From NCBI GenBank assembly GCA_963665665.1, contig OY762428.1, positions 2,432,001-2,496,000 of the forward strand: 64,000 nucleotides of DNA, read 5' to 3'. Positions within the stretch are counted from its first letter, which is position 1; each line of letters begins with the position of its first letter. The notes under the pieces were generated by a model. It was not told the DNA's origin, made no database searches, and saw only the letters and a program-made list of their open reading frames with translations. The DNA comes from Candidatus Kapaibacterium sp. (lineage in GTDB: Bacteria; Bacteroidota; Ignavibacteria; Kapaibacteriales; UBA2268). A program made the translations under genes and the position numbers. This document shows positions 31,601 through 40,014 of the stretch, piece by piece.

Positions 31601-32000
31601 GACAGTTCCTACTTATAAGAACACAAAACATGCTATTATCCGTGCTCTCTGGAACAACGATCCGGACATGGAATACAGCCGTACACCGGAATTCGAGATT
31701 GCCGGCCCGGTTTCAGCCGAAGACCTCGAAAACCTTGGCTACGCATTCAACAGGCCTGTTCCTAACCCGTTCACTGATGAAACAAGGATTGAATTTACAC
31801 TTCCTAACACAGAAAATGTAACAATCACTGTATTCAGCAGCACAGGCCAGCAGGTTGCAGTACTCGCAGACAGTAAATCATTCGACGAAGGTACACACCA
31901 CGTATTCTTCCAGGCAAATGAACTCCCGGCAGGCGTATATATCGTACACCTCAGGGCAGGAACCTACAGCGAAGTACGCGAAGCAATTCTCGTTAAATAA
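25692..32000 (+). CDS. Giant T9SS-secreted protein, full-length paralog of 9215..15328
   Basis: Collinear shared blocks (QLTVEAWLNLNEY, LYLEDGKYPAFR, HLNHLPVMSRF, IESGWDFQ, GDVYRDGQINSSD...DVTGDGLVNAVD); PNPF...AGVYIV CTD. Confidence 0.85.
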   Translation: MLKKTSISGRRGIKSIMTLLMSVTVALVMFATDVLAQDYDFSLRLRRMGDKIGAELWVRSLNSSAPKLGSFTYSVVYNSSYLQPAATTYDAGVTDSVDYNVNQAADLPYREIESSFDGTNGYSAIQVGNGSGYAELEITFTGNASSEGVQPGTTGRGTFVGRVLFDIINHASLSDSDQTGIITNQTGIPSIVIYDANENLLDNTTDITFTDPSAMNIRGITILNPNGPSEAVNRTSTYLSLSVAGYPVYFERSGLVNPSTYSYGTDGLAYAMDYSLDGGSNWTTNVMRFAETTAQATAATFDNLASGEIETSNGSVPGYTITKADGNPLTSSGDGYGGIVRVIWEDNQTFAYRSEEARLRIYQLESAGSGSDIDNRDRDDIYDISDFDFVLSSLFFVQLNGSDEYFRTTGNYSNATQLTVEAWLNLNEYGASSSEPGIVASSGGPASPEEGAWILYLEDGKYPAFRAREFDDRGTNGYIAELVSPYALDVANSDITLGSDAASETHRKNWTHVAATVANNVVTLYVDGQIVDQYTNTAAQDIRMKTFSHPIWIGVNPNISIDAEDYLKAGFKEVRVWRYALTQAEVLENAAGVYDIIGTTSAINPNPNGSDIRAAIEIDWPFQGARTDAASDVTFQNGLNTIDFYDGGSIDNTAINYRPDRAHITLVTPTGGEGISNIEDNTYDISWIGYGLGSTSPSSEDLMIEYSRDGGTSWANALDNTAAPAGLPLNEVEIEAGSATWEPYNSVTESGAYHDLQGVGNSIETNYVKQVYVRISGTSGNAQTDIYDMSGMVYVAPYFSLRNNGDAIVSIDGTTSLNLSTGVTFMEAWVRPYRFPTTTEGYFPIISKVDSTSGDVHYMLKLRSDGRLQFDITPSSGTVVSAYSAADSPLWEPNVEILDSVWFHVGVYVNLASGTGASAVRFYIDGVPQYVDSISTQYGSNVSVPVTNTYPAYIGYEPSNGVDNSKAFIGEMREVRFWNGYPAGMDISGTESIANPTDMTKFIQGALAIHADDLLTTPTNYQENLVAAFTFENGGYVSNGYQRTIASTNSNIKAYVRGDIGISTDGVAYVPTKPYLKLVEPVTRQAVANSETSLRLRWAGFDYDEAGFRSGSAALSQDADIEYSIRGGGDVIVQPWQAVASTNYAGAYTNALGLTATDEYNFAGVTSGIQYGAELNVSISDPDENDDGTYNDQGPIYSALTNARMALTGRATINSLTPFEYTDILTLRSEGNLFTVTPPSNFTVRMLLEGFHSGSDEDVTDIGESYEGLGIKIRLFNEIAGGPGTVVDSAESVYGYDSDASALNAGTAPVRGTDGSMFASVPFIFTSLADGDYYVVVEHLNHLPVMSRFTANYQFDGDDLDTWTIESGWDFQSWGQNATPTSSNYMSMSTDDIYSGNGLFSAYGQTELDEDEVGYDKTGLIFNQGQETATSNRMAALVAGDVYRDGQINSSDRIRVRDDASSNVNRSDVTGDGLVNAVDRDIVDRNFNKLSSLIDLTVVDYPTGQEVPMFPWVSDEKPLEHVSDLNPERAMAMNAAAKEFIENGSVQAAPVVMSSKKGDHTLAGFSYRVFAEPQLKDGKMFVTMSIENLGQEWAPGNCTFALKYDNRNLDFVGLTATDENLFSSDAAAGYSAAYSAPEENADNPVVNVRTIEIDYDGYSRPVGNNVPNSKTKLGTLVFDVTGSADEYEFSWHKLSVVLTTDGRNITGEGDFVTVEPVNVIRFASITVPNGGEEWRSGKLYTVTWTTPTVSQMVYVEYSTDNGATWGRIAEEPVDAMSAIYNWKTPSIRSTECLIRIVRVDDGTEVDRSDASFALLPAPAEITRPSAADPIYTGGANDFIRWNVDDPTNVRFEFSDNGESGWVPVTATVNSQTGEVDWVLPAVNTKNAVVRMINSETNEIMTQSQQFKVLAGGVTITSPRAGDVVNTGELKDVRWTYDNVSRFDLHLSFDGGETWVEMSREVNALPRNYEWTVPTYKNTKHAIIRALWNNDPDMEYSRTPEFEIAGPVSAEDLENLGYAFNRPVPNPFTDETRIEFTLPNTENVTITVFSSTGQQVAVLADSKSFDEGTHHVFFQANELPAGVYIVHLRAGTYSEVREAILVK

Positions 32001-32023
32001 TTTTAACAGAATATAGTTTAAAT

Positions 32024-32051
32024 AAAAGCCCCGGCATTGTCCGGGGCTTTG
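32024..32051 (+). terminator. Rho-independent terminator
   Basis: aaaagccccgg-cattgt-ccggggcttt. Confidence 0.75.
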
Positions 32052-32178
32052 TTATTTGAGATGGAATGATAAATTATTATGACAAAGGCTTCAGTATTAA
32101 TTCGACAGGTTAGAAGAGGTTCTCCTGGAAGTTCTCGCCCCTTAATCTTTCGTTAGAAGAAATATACTATACTCGCAA

Positions 32179-32485
32179 ATAGCCACGTGCTTTAGCTTGT
32201 GGTTGGGATTCTTATTACATTATCTGGCGAACAAAGATGGATTCTTCGGTCGCTTCGCTCCGTCAGAATGACAACATTACCTGTCCTCCGCTGGCGGGGG
32301 TGGACTTCCGGAAAAATTCCCCTCGTTGAGGGGTGGCGAGCGCAGCGAGGCGGGGTGGTTTCTTTTTCCGATTGAAATTATTATAGTTGGCGGGTGTCAT
32401 CCTGAGCGAAGCGAAGGATCCATTCTTTATGCATCAGCTACTAAGAAAGATGGATTATTCGGTCGCTTCGCTCCGTCAGAATGAC
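32179..32485. repeat. Mosaic REP cluster (BIME-like)
   Basis: tagccacgtgctttagcttgtgg; ggattcttcggtcgcttcgctccgtcagaatgac; cccctcgttgagggg; gtcatcctgagcgaagcgaaggatcc...cagaatgac. Confidence 0.75.
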
Positions 32486-32489
32486 AACA

Positions 32490-33726
32490 TAATACTTCAT
32501 TCTGCGGCAATATCCCCCCATTCTTCCACCCCAATGAACAGGCCGCCGGCCTTAATTCCCTATCCTGTGGTTTCAATGAACCGGATAATTTCCTTAATTC
32601 AACGCTGTTTTGAACCAGAATCCAAATGTTTGGGCTAATTGCTATGTTGGCAGGACTTTATACTGCCCTGGCCAGAGGTATTGAACTACTGTTTGGCCTT
32701 AATGTAGTGAAATTTGGCCTTATTGAGGACTTGTTTGGCCTTACTGAGGACTTGTTTGACCTTATTGAGGTCTTGTTTGACCTTGCTGACAGCGTGTTTG
32801 GCCTTACTGACAGCGTGTTTGACCTTGCTGACAGCGTGTTTGGCCTTACTGACAGCGTGTTTGACCTTATTGACAGCTTGGTTGACCTTACTGACAGCTT
32901 GGTTGACCTTACTGACAGCCTGGTTGACCTTACTGACAGCCTGGTTGACCTTACTGACAGCTTGGTTGACCTTACTGATTATAATCAATGCCTTCAACCA
33001 AGGCGTCAATGCCTTCAACCAAGGCGTCAATGACTCCGACCAAGGCGTCAATGCCTTCAACCAAGGCGTCAATGACTCCGACCAAGGCATCAATAACTCC
33101 GACCAAGGCATCAATAACTCCGACCAAGGCATCAATAACTCCGACCAAGGCATCAATGCCTTCGACCAAGGCATCAATGACTCCGACCAAGGCATCAATG
33201 ACTCCGACCAAGGCATCAATGCCTCCGACCAAGGCATCAATGACTCCGACCAAGGCATCAATGCCTCCGACCAAGGCATCAATAACTTCGACCAAGAGTT
33301 CATTATCATCAAACATCGGTGCATTGCTTCTGACCCCTCCCAAACCCTCCCCGAATGAGAGGGCTTTGAAGGAAAATAAGGAGGCAATGGGTTCGACCAA
33401 GGCGTAAATAGAATCAAAAATTGGTTCAATAGGTGCAAACAAGACCTCAATACCTCTGACCCCTCCCAAACACACGCGGTGTGGAACCCTCGCAAGGGGC
33501 CGTGCCTCCCCGAAGGGGAGGGCTTTGAAGAAGAATAAAGCAGCAATAGGTTAAAACTTTGGTTCTTTGCTTCTGACCCTTCCTACCTCACCCCGGTCGC
33601 ATCCTTCGGAAGGAGGGAAAAAGCTCCGTAGGAGCGACACAATCTTCTGACTATGTCGCCCCTACGGGGCTGTTGTTCATCCCGGGATCGATTTTCTACA
33701 AAAATGTCGCGGCTACGCCGCTTTCG
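32490..33726. repeat. Composite element copy 1: conserved flank + two divergent 21-bp arrays (32692-32978, 32985-33296) + conserved REP-rich flank
   Basis: Flanks match the reverse complement of ~53860-54062 and ~50812-50980; arrays meet at palindrome TGATTATAATCA. Confidence 0.85.
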
Positions 33727-34086
33727 ATTTTGTCAGAGATTGGGAAATGGAATTCCTGTTTGCTGAGAGGATTCCACCCACAGTACCCTCAGGCAATCGG
33801 GATGGATTCCCAAATAATTTCCCTCTCGAGGGGTGGCGAGCGTAGCGAGGTGGGTTCTTCATACCTTATCTGCCAGAAAATATGGATCCTTCATTCGCTT
33901 CGCTCAATCATAAGAACGGTTTTCTAACTTTTGAGAAAATCCCATCTTTTTATTCACCAAAATTTCTTAGTATCCCCCCAATTCTTTGATTAATAAAGCA
34001 AAAATTCATAAATTATAGCATTAGTAAAGGCATGTTGTTATTCCAAAGAATTGCACATGTCAGTAAGAAATTTTAGGGGAAATGCA

Positions 34087-36300
34087 ATGAAATTCATTTC
34101 AACAATTCTATTTGTAATAATCTTTTTATTATCATTTCATTCCACATTCGCCTTTTCCGGTAATGGCAGCGGAACGGAAGAAGACCCTTACGAAATTACC
34201 AACGTGGAACAGCTACAGGAAATGCAGGACGACCTTACAGCCCATTACGAGCTTGTAAAAACAATAGACGCATGGAGAACTAAAGAATGGAATAAAGATT
34301 TTAACGGAATCTATTTGGGATTCTCTCCAATAGGTTACTATCCGTCAAAATTCACGGGGGTCTTTAATGGAAACGGATTTGAGATAGTTGACCTATATAT
34401 TAATTTCCCCGAAGAAGGATTCATTGGATTATTTGGATATGCATCGGGAGCAACTATTTCTGATGTCAGACTCAGAAATTGCAGCATAAATGGTTCTTAT
34501 TATGTGGGAGGAATATCAGGAGCAAATGAAAACTGTATAATAAATAATTCTCAAACATCCGGAACAATAACTCCATCTAATGGGTATGCTGGTGGACTGG
34601 TTGGGTATAATTATAATAGCGAAATTAATGATTCACATTTTTCCGGTGTTGTTTCAGGTACGGAGACAAATATTGGTGGACTGGTTGGGTACAATTTTGG
34701 CAGCAAAATTAATGATTCCCATTCTTCCGGCGTTGTTTCAGGAACGAAGGCAAATATCGGTGGACTGGTTGGGTTTAACAATGAAAATGGCCAAATAAAA
34801 AACTCCTTTTCTAATTGTGTAGTAAGCGGGTATGAAAATGTTGGTGGGCTGGTTGGATTAAGTGCTATAAATTGTAAAATTAGTGATTCTTATGCAACAG
34901 GTGATGTTGCCGGTATCTTCTACGATGTTGGCGGATTAGTTGGATATAATGCCGATTGTTCAACTGTTGAAAATTCTTATGCAACAGGAAATGTTAATGG
35001 AAAATCCAATGTTGGAGGTTTAATTGGAAGAAACACTGACCATGGCTTTATAAGTTATTGCTACTCGACCGGTGATATTCTGGGGGACGACAGTTATGTT
35101 GGCGGATTAGTAGGGAATAACAAAATATATAGCTTGATTGAATATTCTTATTCCACTTCAAATGTTTCCGCAAAAAATCAAATTGTTGGTGGGCTGGTTG
35201 GATTAATGGAGCTCTTTTGTGAAATCTGGGATTCACATTCCTCCGGTGAAGTTAATGGATATAAGGATATCGGAGGGCTGGTTGGTGAATGTAACTTCGA
35301 TTGTATAATTGGAAATTCATATTCTAATTGTTCTGTTAGTGGAAGTTATAATTATATTGGTGGGTTGGTCGGTTCGCTCCTTTCAAATTGCACAGTTAGT
35401 AATTCTTATTCAACCGGCCAGGTAAAGGGAAAGGACTGGGTTGGTGGTTTAATAGGTTTCAATGGCTACGACATAGAAATCACCAAATGTTATTCAAAAG
35501 GCAATGTATCCGGCAATGACAAAGTAGGTGGATTTATTGGTGGTAACTACGATAGAAGTACTATTAGCAGCTCTATTGCGTTAGGTAATGTGGAAGGGAA
35601 CCAATTAGTTGGAGGGTTTATTGGTGATAACAGGGTTCAAAGCGATATCAAAAATTCATTTGCTCGAGGTAATGTATCCGGATATGATGATTTTATAGGT
35701 GGATTTATTGGCCAAAATGATAGTTCAATTGTAAGAAACTCTTATTATGCAGGAGAAGTTTCGGGCAACAGAGACAATATTGGAGGTTTTGTCGGTATTA
35801 ATATCAGGAGCGGTTCGACTGTAAACTCCTTCTGGGATATTGAATCCAGCGGAATTGACAACTCAGCTGCCGGCATCGGAAAAACAACCGCAGAAATGAA
35901 AACAAAGTCAACATTTACCGATGCGTATTGGGATTTTGATTCAATATGGAGTATTGACGGCGTTACTAATGACGGATACCCCTTCCTTCAGGGAATTGAT
36001 TATACTACCGGGATTGAAGAGAATATCCAAAAAGAAGAAATGTCAATGAATATCAAAGCATGGCCCAACCCATTTAGCGAGAAATTATTTATCAGCCTAA
36101 ATTCCGAATATAGCAGCAATACCAGTATAGACTTGTTTGATATTTTCGGGAACAAAATCATGAATATTTACACGGGAATTATCACTCCGGATCATAAGGA
36201 ATTTGAGATAATTTCAAATAATCTTCCCGCCGGTGTTTATATTATCAGATTAAGAAATGATAAAATTCAGAAATCAATCAAGCTGATACATAGCAGATAG
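34087..36300 (+). CDS. GLUG-motif repeat surface protein with T9SS CTD (start moved to ATG 34087)
   Basis: Signal peptide MKFISTILF...AFS; GSGTEEDPYEI; many VGGLVG repeats; WPNPF...AGVYII CTD. Confidence 0.9.
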   Translation: MKFISTILFVIIFLLSFHSTFAFSGNGSGTEEDPYEITNVEQLQEMQDDLTAHYELVKTIDAWRTKEWNKDFNGIYLGFSPIGYYPSKFTGVFNGNGFEIVDLYINFPEEGFIGLFGYASGATISDVRLRNCSINGSYYVGGISGANENCIINNSQTSGTITPSNGYAGGLVGYNYNSEINDSHFSGVVSGTETNIGGLVGYNFGSKINDSHSSGVVSGTKANIGGLVGFNNENGQIKNSFSNCVVSGYENVGGLVGLSAINCKISDSYATGDVAGIFYDVGGLVGYNADCSTVENSYATGNVNGKSNVGGLIGRNTDHGFISYCYSTGDILGDDSYVGGLVGNNKIYSLIEYSYSTSNVSAKNQIVGGLVGLMELFCEIWDSHSSGEVNGYKDIGGLVGECNFDCIIGNSYSNCSVSGSYNYIGGLVGSLLSNCTVSNSYSTGQVKGKDWVGGLIGFNGYDIEITKCYSKGNVSGNDKVGGFIGGNYDRSTISSSIALGNVEGNQLVGGFIGDNRVQSDIKNSFARGNVSGYDDFIGGFIGQNDSSIVRNSYYAGEVSGNRDNIGGFVGINIRSGSTVNSFWDIESSGIDNSAAGIGKTTAEMKTKSTFTDAYWDFDSIWSIDGVTNDGYPFLQGIDYTTGIEENIQKEEMSMNIKAWPNPFSEKLFISLNSEYSSNTSIDLFDIFGNKIMNIYTGIITPDHKEFEIISNNLPAGVYIIRLRNDKIQKSIKLIHSR

Positions 36301-36312
36301 TATTTGCATTAT

Positions 36313-36687
36313 TCATCCGATGACTTAAAGTCATCGGATGAGTTACAAATTACGGGCGGGGGTGGATTTCCGGAAAATTCCCCTCGTTAAGGGGTGGCGA
36401 GCGCAGCGAGACGGGATGGATTCTTTTTCCGATTGAAGTTATTATAGTTGCCGGAAGGTCATTCTGAGCGCCAGCGAAGAATCCATTCTTCATACATTAT
36501 CTGCGATCAAAGATGGATTCTTCTGTCGCTTCGCTCCGTCAGAATGACAACATTACCTGTCCCCCGCTGGCACCGACGAGTCGGGGAAGGGCGGGGGTGG
36601 TTCCCTTTATTTGCTTCTAAACATCTGTGCTTTGCCACTTTTATAATAAAAAAAACCTTCCGAAAGTTTCAAATCTTCGGAAGGTTT
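36313..36687. repeat. Mosaic REP cluster
   Basis: tcatccgatgacttaaagtcatcggatga; ~215-bp block matching 32210-32415 in permuted order; aaaccttccgaaagtttcaaatcttcggaaggttt. Confidence 0.75.
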
Positions 36688-36706
36688 AACATTAAGCGGA
36701 TTATCT

Positions 36707-37702
36707 TTATATAATAAATTGTTTCCTGATAAAGAAAATGCTAAATACTATAAGCAAGCCTCCCAAGGCTATAGCCGCCCATTCGGTCAGGGTGGGGATA
36801 GCGAAGTTCGGATTAGGCCCGAACAGGGAGAACTGTGTAACTCCCGTAACGGAACTTACATAAAAATTGCTGTTGCCGTCCCAGTTATCAACTGTCGGGG
36901 CGCCGTTGCCGGTCAGGTTGTTCCACCTTGTGCCATGCTTGGAAAGTATATAGCAAACTGTCATCGGGTCTGGCATATCCGGCCCTATGTTAGCCTTAGC
37001 ATAAACAAAGTCAATATCTGCCGGGTCGCTGCCGCCCACCTGCTGAATATCCCACATACAGCGGGAATAAAAGCCGCTGACAAATGGCTGATCAGATTCC
37101 TGGACAAGGCCAACGGAAAAAGTATTGCTTGCCGGGGCGGTGATAACCACCGGACAAAGGCCAAGTTCAGGCGTTCCCACGGTAAAAGTCTGGCTGCTGG
37201 CAGTTGGCATTATCAGGTATCCGTCCTGCGAAAGATCGATATAGCAGCCTCCGGAACATACAATATGCCCGTCTATATAAATATTGCAGCCATTGGGAAC
37301 AAGCTTCTTGCCGTCTGACAGTGTCAGGTCAGTGCCAAAATAGAAATTCCCTTCAAGCACAACCCTCCCGTTTTCAGCTACTCCGTTCAGAGCATCCTGA
37401 ATTCCGCTGAAAGCTGTATAATTCCATGTATGGCCGTCATTGCCTGCACCAGAGGTATAAGTGCTGGATACCCAGACCGTTGCAGGCGCAGGGCTTGGTG
37501 TGGCCCGGTAGAAGAATCCTACCTGGTTTGTATAATTTCCACCCGTAACAACTGATGCAGTCGGCTGGCCGAACGCTCCCCAGTTAGTATAGGTGGTATT
37601 CGTTGCTTTTGCCCCGCCTGCCGGAACATGCTCGCATTCCGTGGTTTGGGAATAAATACTGGCGGAGTAAAAAAGCATGATTATCGCTAAAAAATATTTC
37701 AT
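36707..37702 (-). CDS. IPTL-CTERM sorting-domain protein
   Basis: Signal peptide MKYFLAIIML; C-terminus AIPTLTEWAAIALGGLLIVFSIFFIRK (IPTL motif + TM + basic residues); GAGG SD before ATG 37702. Confidence 0.8.
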   Translation of the reverse strand: MKYFLAIIMLFYSASIYSQTTECEHVPAGGAKATNTTYTNWGAFGQPTASVVTGGNYTNQVGFFYRATPSPAPATVWVSSTYTSGAGNDGHTWNYTAFSGIQDALNGVAENGRVVLEGNFYFGTDLTLSDGKKLVPNGCNIYIDGHIVCSGGCYIDLSQDGYLIMPTASSQTFTVGTPELGLCPVVITAPASNTFSVGLVQESDQPFVSGFYSRCMWDIQQVGGSDPADIDFVYAKANIGPDMPDPMTVCYILSKHGTRWNNLTGNGAPTVDNWDGNSNFYVSSVTGVTQFSLFGPNPNFAIPTLTEWAAIALGGLLIVFSIFFIRKQFII

Positions 37703-37703
37703 T

Positions 37704-39911
37704 TTATTGATCCTCATTTATCAATATATTTAATTTACGATTTAATTCTTCAATTTTATCATTTTGTTTACGGATATTTTCGTTCATTTCATTTTTCAGT
37801 TTTTCATTTTCCTGCTTCATTTTCTCATTTTCTTCCTTCAACTGCATAATATAAATAGCCTGTGTTTCCACAGTTTCCCAAATCTGGTTTGTAAGGATGC
37901 CAAGGGGCAGTTTGCCGTATTTTTCCCATTCCTCGCGGCCTGTAATTGTGGGCAGGTGGCGGTTCTCGCGGGTAAAGTCTATCATCTCCTGAAGCGAGAG
38001 CATACGGTAGTCCGCGTGTTTCTCCATGTCGCATTCAAGTACCCTGCCGCCAAAGTACCAGTCGAAAACGTAGTCTGTAAGCAGTACGTTATCATCATAA
38101 ACTGCTTCGGCGTTTATTGTGCCATCGCCCTGGTTACCTCCGGTAGGGTCGCCGACAGTCAAACCACCATTTATTTTCGTATTATTTTCTACACTAAGGT
38201 CTCCCTGTACCAGAGTATTTCCTGCGTTGAGCCCCCCCCGCACGTGCAGGTCATTTCCAATTTTCACGTTGTCTGCTATATCCATATCTCCGGCTCCAAT
38301 GCTACCTGCATTAATTGCAGGTGTCTCGACGTGATTGATTTCGTAGGCACATAAGCGGTTATTATTAAGTGAAGCAACAAAAACAAAATTTCTACTTACA
38401 AAAACTGAATTAGGGGAATTAAGATTAGCGTTGGTATATCCCTTTGCCACGATATTATCGGGATTGTGAATATTGAATACGGATAAGTGATTGTTATTGG
38501 TAGATACCACATACGCATAGCTGCCACTCACATAGACAGACTTTGGACCACTAATATTAGTACTAATATAATTCTTGGCAGTAATATTATCCGGGTCACT
38601 TATGTCATAGGTACATAACCGATTATTATCAAATGAAATCACATAAGCATAGTTGCCACTCACATAGACGGAGATAGGCCTATCAAGATTCGTACCTATA
38701 TAATCCTTTGCAACAATATTATCCGGATCGCTTATATCGTATATACACAATCTATCATTACATACGCTTGTTACATACGCATAGCCACCGCTCACATAGA
38801 CAGATTTAGGACAACTAAGATTAGTACTAATATAATCCTTTGCAACAATATTATCCGGATCGCTTATATCGTATATACACAATCTACCATTACATTCGCT
38901 TATTACATACGCATAGCCACCGCTCACATAGACAGAACTTGGACAACTAATATTAGTACTAATATAATCCTTTGGAGTAATATTATCCGGATTACTTATG
39001 TCAAATGCACATAAACGATTATTAGAACTAGATACCACATACGCATAGCTGCCACTCACATAGACGGATTTAGGGTTACTAAGATTAGCACTAGTATAAT
39101 CCTTTGCAGTAACATTATCCGGGTCACTAATATCAAAGATGCAAAAGCGATTGTTATCTCTTGAGACCACATACGCATAGCCACCGCTCACATTGACGGA
39201 GATAGGCCTGTCAAGATTCGTACTGGTATAATCTTTCGGAGTAAGAGGTGCAGAATACATTGCTTCAATATTTATACTAGTAAAACAGGCATCCGCCGGT
39301 GTTGTACCACCAATATTGCCCGGGCTTGCCGGATCAAACGAACTCGCGTCAGCCCATGAAAGCGTTCCACTTCCGTCGGTTGTTAGAACCTGCCCGTTGC
39401 TTCCGTCGGCAGATGGGAATGAATATGCCCCGACTGTAAGGTTTGTAAATTTTCCTGTTCCGGGGGTTGTTGCGCCGATAGCGCCGGGCGCAGCCCATGT
39501 TTTGCCTTCAAGTGCTCCGGAAAAATATGAAAACGGAACGGTTGTTAATCTTGTTCTGGCAAGTGTAGTACCATTAACGCTTACCTCCAGCCATGCCGTA
39601 CCTCCGGCAAAGACTGCGGATGTGAAAGCTTCATCGGTTCCGCTTCCCGTACCGAGAGTTACGGTATAAAGGCCGTAATCCACATCAACTGTTTTTGCCG
39701 CCGCAGCACCTGACGGCCAGAGTTTAGTACCACCTGTTTCGGCGGAATATATGGCAAATGTCATCGGCATGGATGAATTAGTAACGGGATTACCCGAAGC
39801 ATCCAGGAGTTTTCCCTGGTAAGTTATCGTTGTTGTCTGTGCCCAGCCGTTCAGGCTGATAAATAACGCTATTAATGTTAAAATTAGGGGTTTCAAAACA
39901 ATTCCTTTCAT
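37704..39911 (-). CDS. Secreted fibre-like protein: N-terminal YQG domain, LVIVD repeats, C-terminal chaperone-like (DYVF...HLP) domain and coiled coil
   Basis: TITYQGKLLDASGNP; 44-aa repeats VYVSGxYAYV...LCIYDISDP; LTDYVF...RHLPTI...WETVETQAIYI + heptads. Confidence 0.8.
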   Translation of the reverse strand: MKGIVLKPLILTLIALFISLNGWAQTTTITYQGKLLDASGNPVTNSSMPMTFAIYSAETGGTKLWPSGAAAAKTVDVDYGLYTVTLGTGSGTDEAFTSAVFAGGTAWLEVSVNGTTLARTRLTTVPFSYFSGALEGKTWAAPGAIGATTPGTGKFTNLTVGAYSFPSADGSNGQVLTTDGSGTLSWADASSFDPASPGNIGGTTPADACFTSINIEAMYSAPLTPKDYTSTNLDRPISVNVSGGYAYVVSRDNNRFCIFDISDPDNVTAKDYTSANLSNPKSVYVSGSYAYVVSSSNNRLCAFDISNPDNITPKDYISTNISCPSSVYVSGGYAYVISECNGRLCIYDISDPDNIVAKDYISTNLSCPKSVYVSGGYAYVTSVCNDRLCIYDISDPDNIVAKDYIGTNLDRPISVYVSGNYAYVISFDNNRLCTYDISDPDNITAKNYISTNISGPKSVYVSGSYAYVVSTNNNHLSVFNIHNPDNIVAKGYTNANLNSPNSVFVSRNFVFVASLNNNRLCAYEINHVETPAINAGSIGAGDMDIADNVKIGNDLHVRGGLNAGNTLVQGDLSVENNTKINGGLTVGDPTGGNQGDGTINAEAVYDDNVLLTDYVFDWYFGGRVLECDMEKHADYRMLSLQEMIDFTRENRHLPTITGREEWEKYGKLPLGILTNQIWETVETQAIYIMQLKEENEKMKQENEKLKNEMNENIRKQNDKIEELNRKLNILINEDQ

Positions 39912-40014
39912 GATTAGTTTGTTTAGGTTTTTAAGTCAATTTCCAATTATTCTGATTTTTTTGAAGAATGGATCCTTCGCTGCGCTCAGGATGACACTTT
40001 TCATTATATTCCTT

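Noticed and set aside
32692-33296. CRISPR array interpretation of the 21-bp arrays (also 15576, 52513, 53596)
   Set aside because: Units are contiguous with no unique spacers, and no cas genes are present
32626-33546. Multiple overlapping heptad-repeat ORFs in the arrays (also 15517-15855, 52524-53069, 53550-53948)
   Set aside because: Open in several frames on both strands because of the repeat; no convincing start, RBS or non-repeat domain. Not called as CDS, though translation is not excluded
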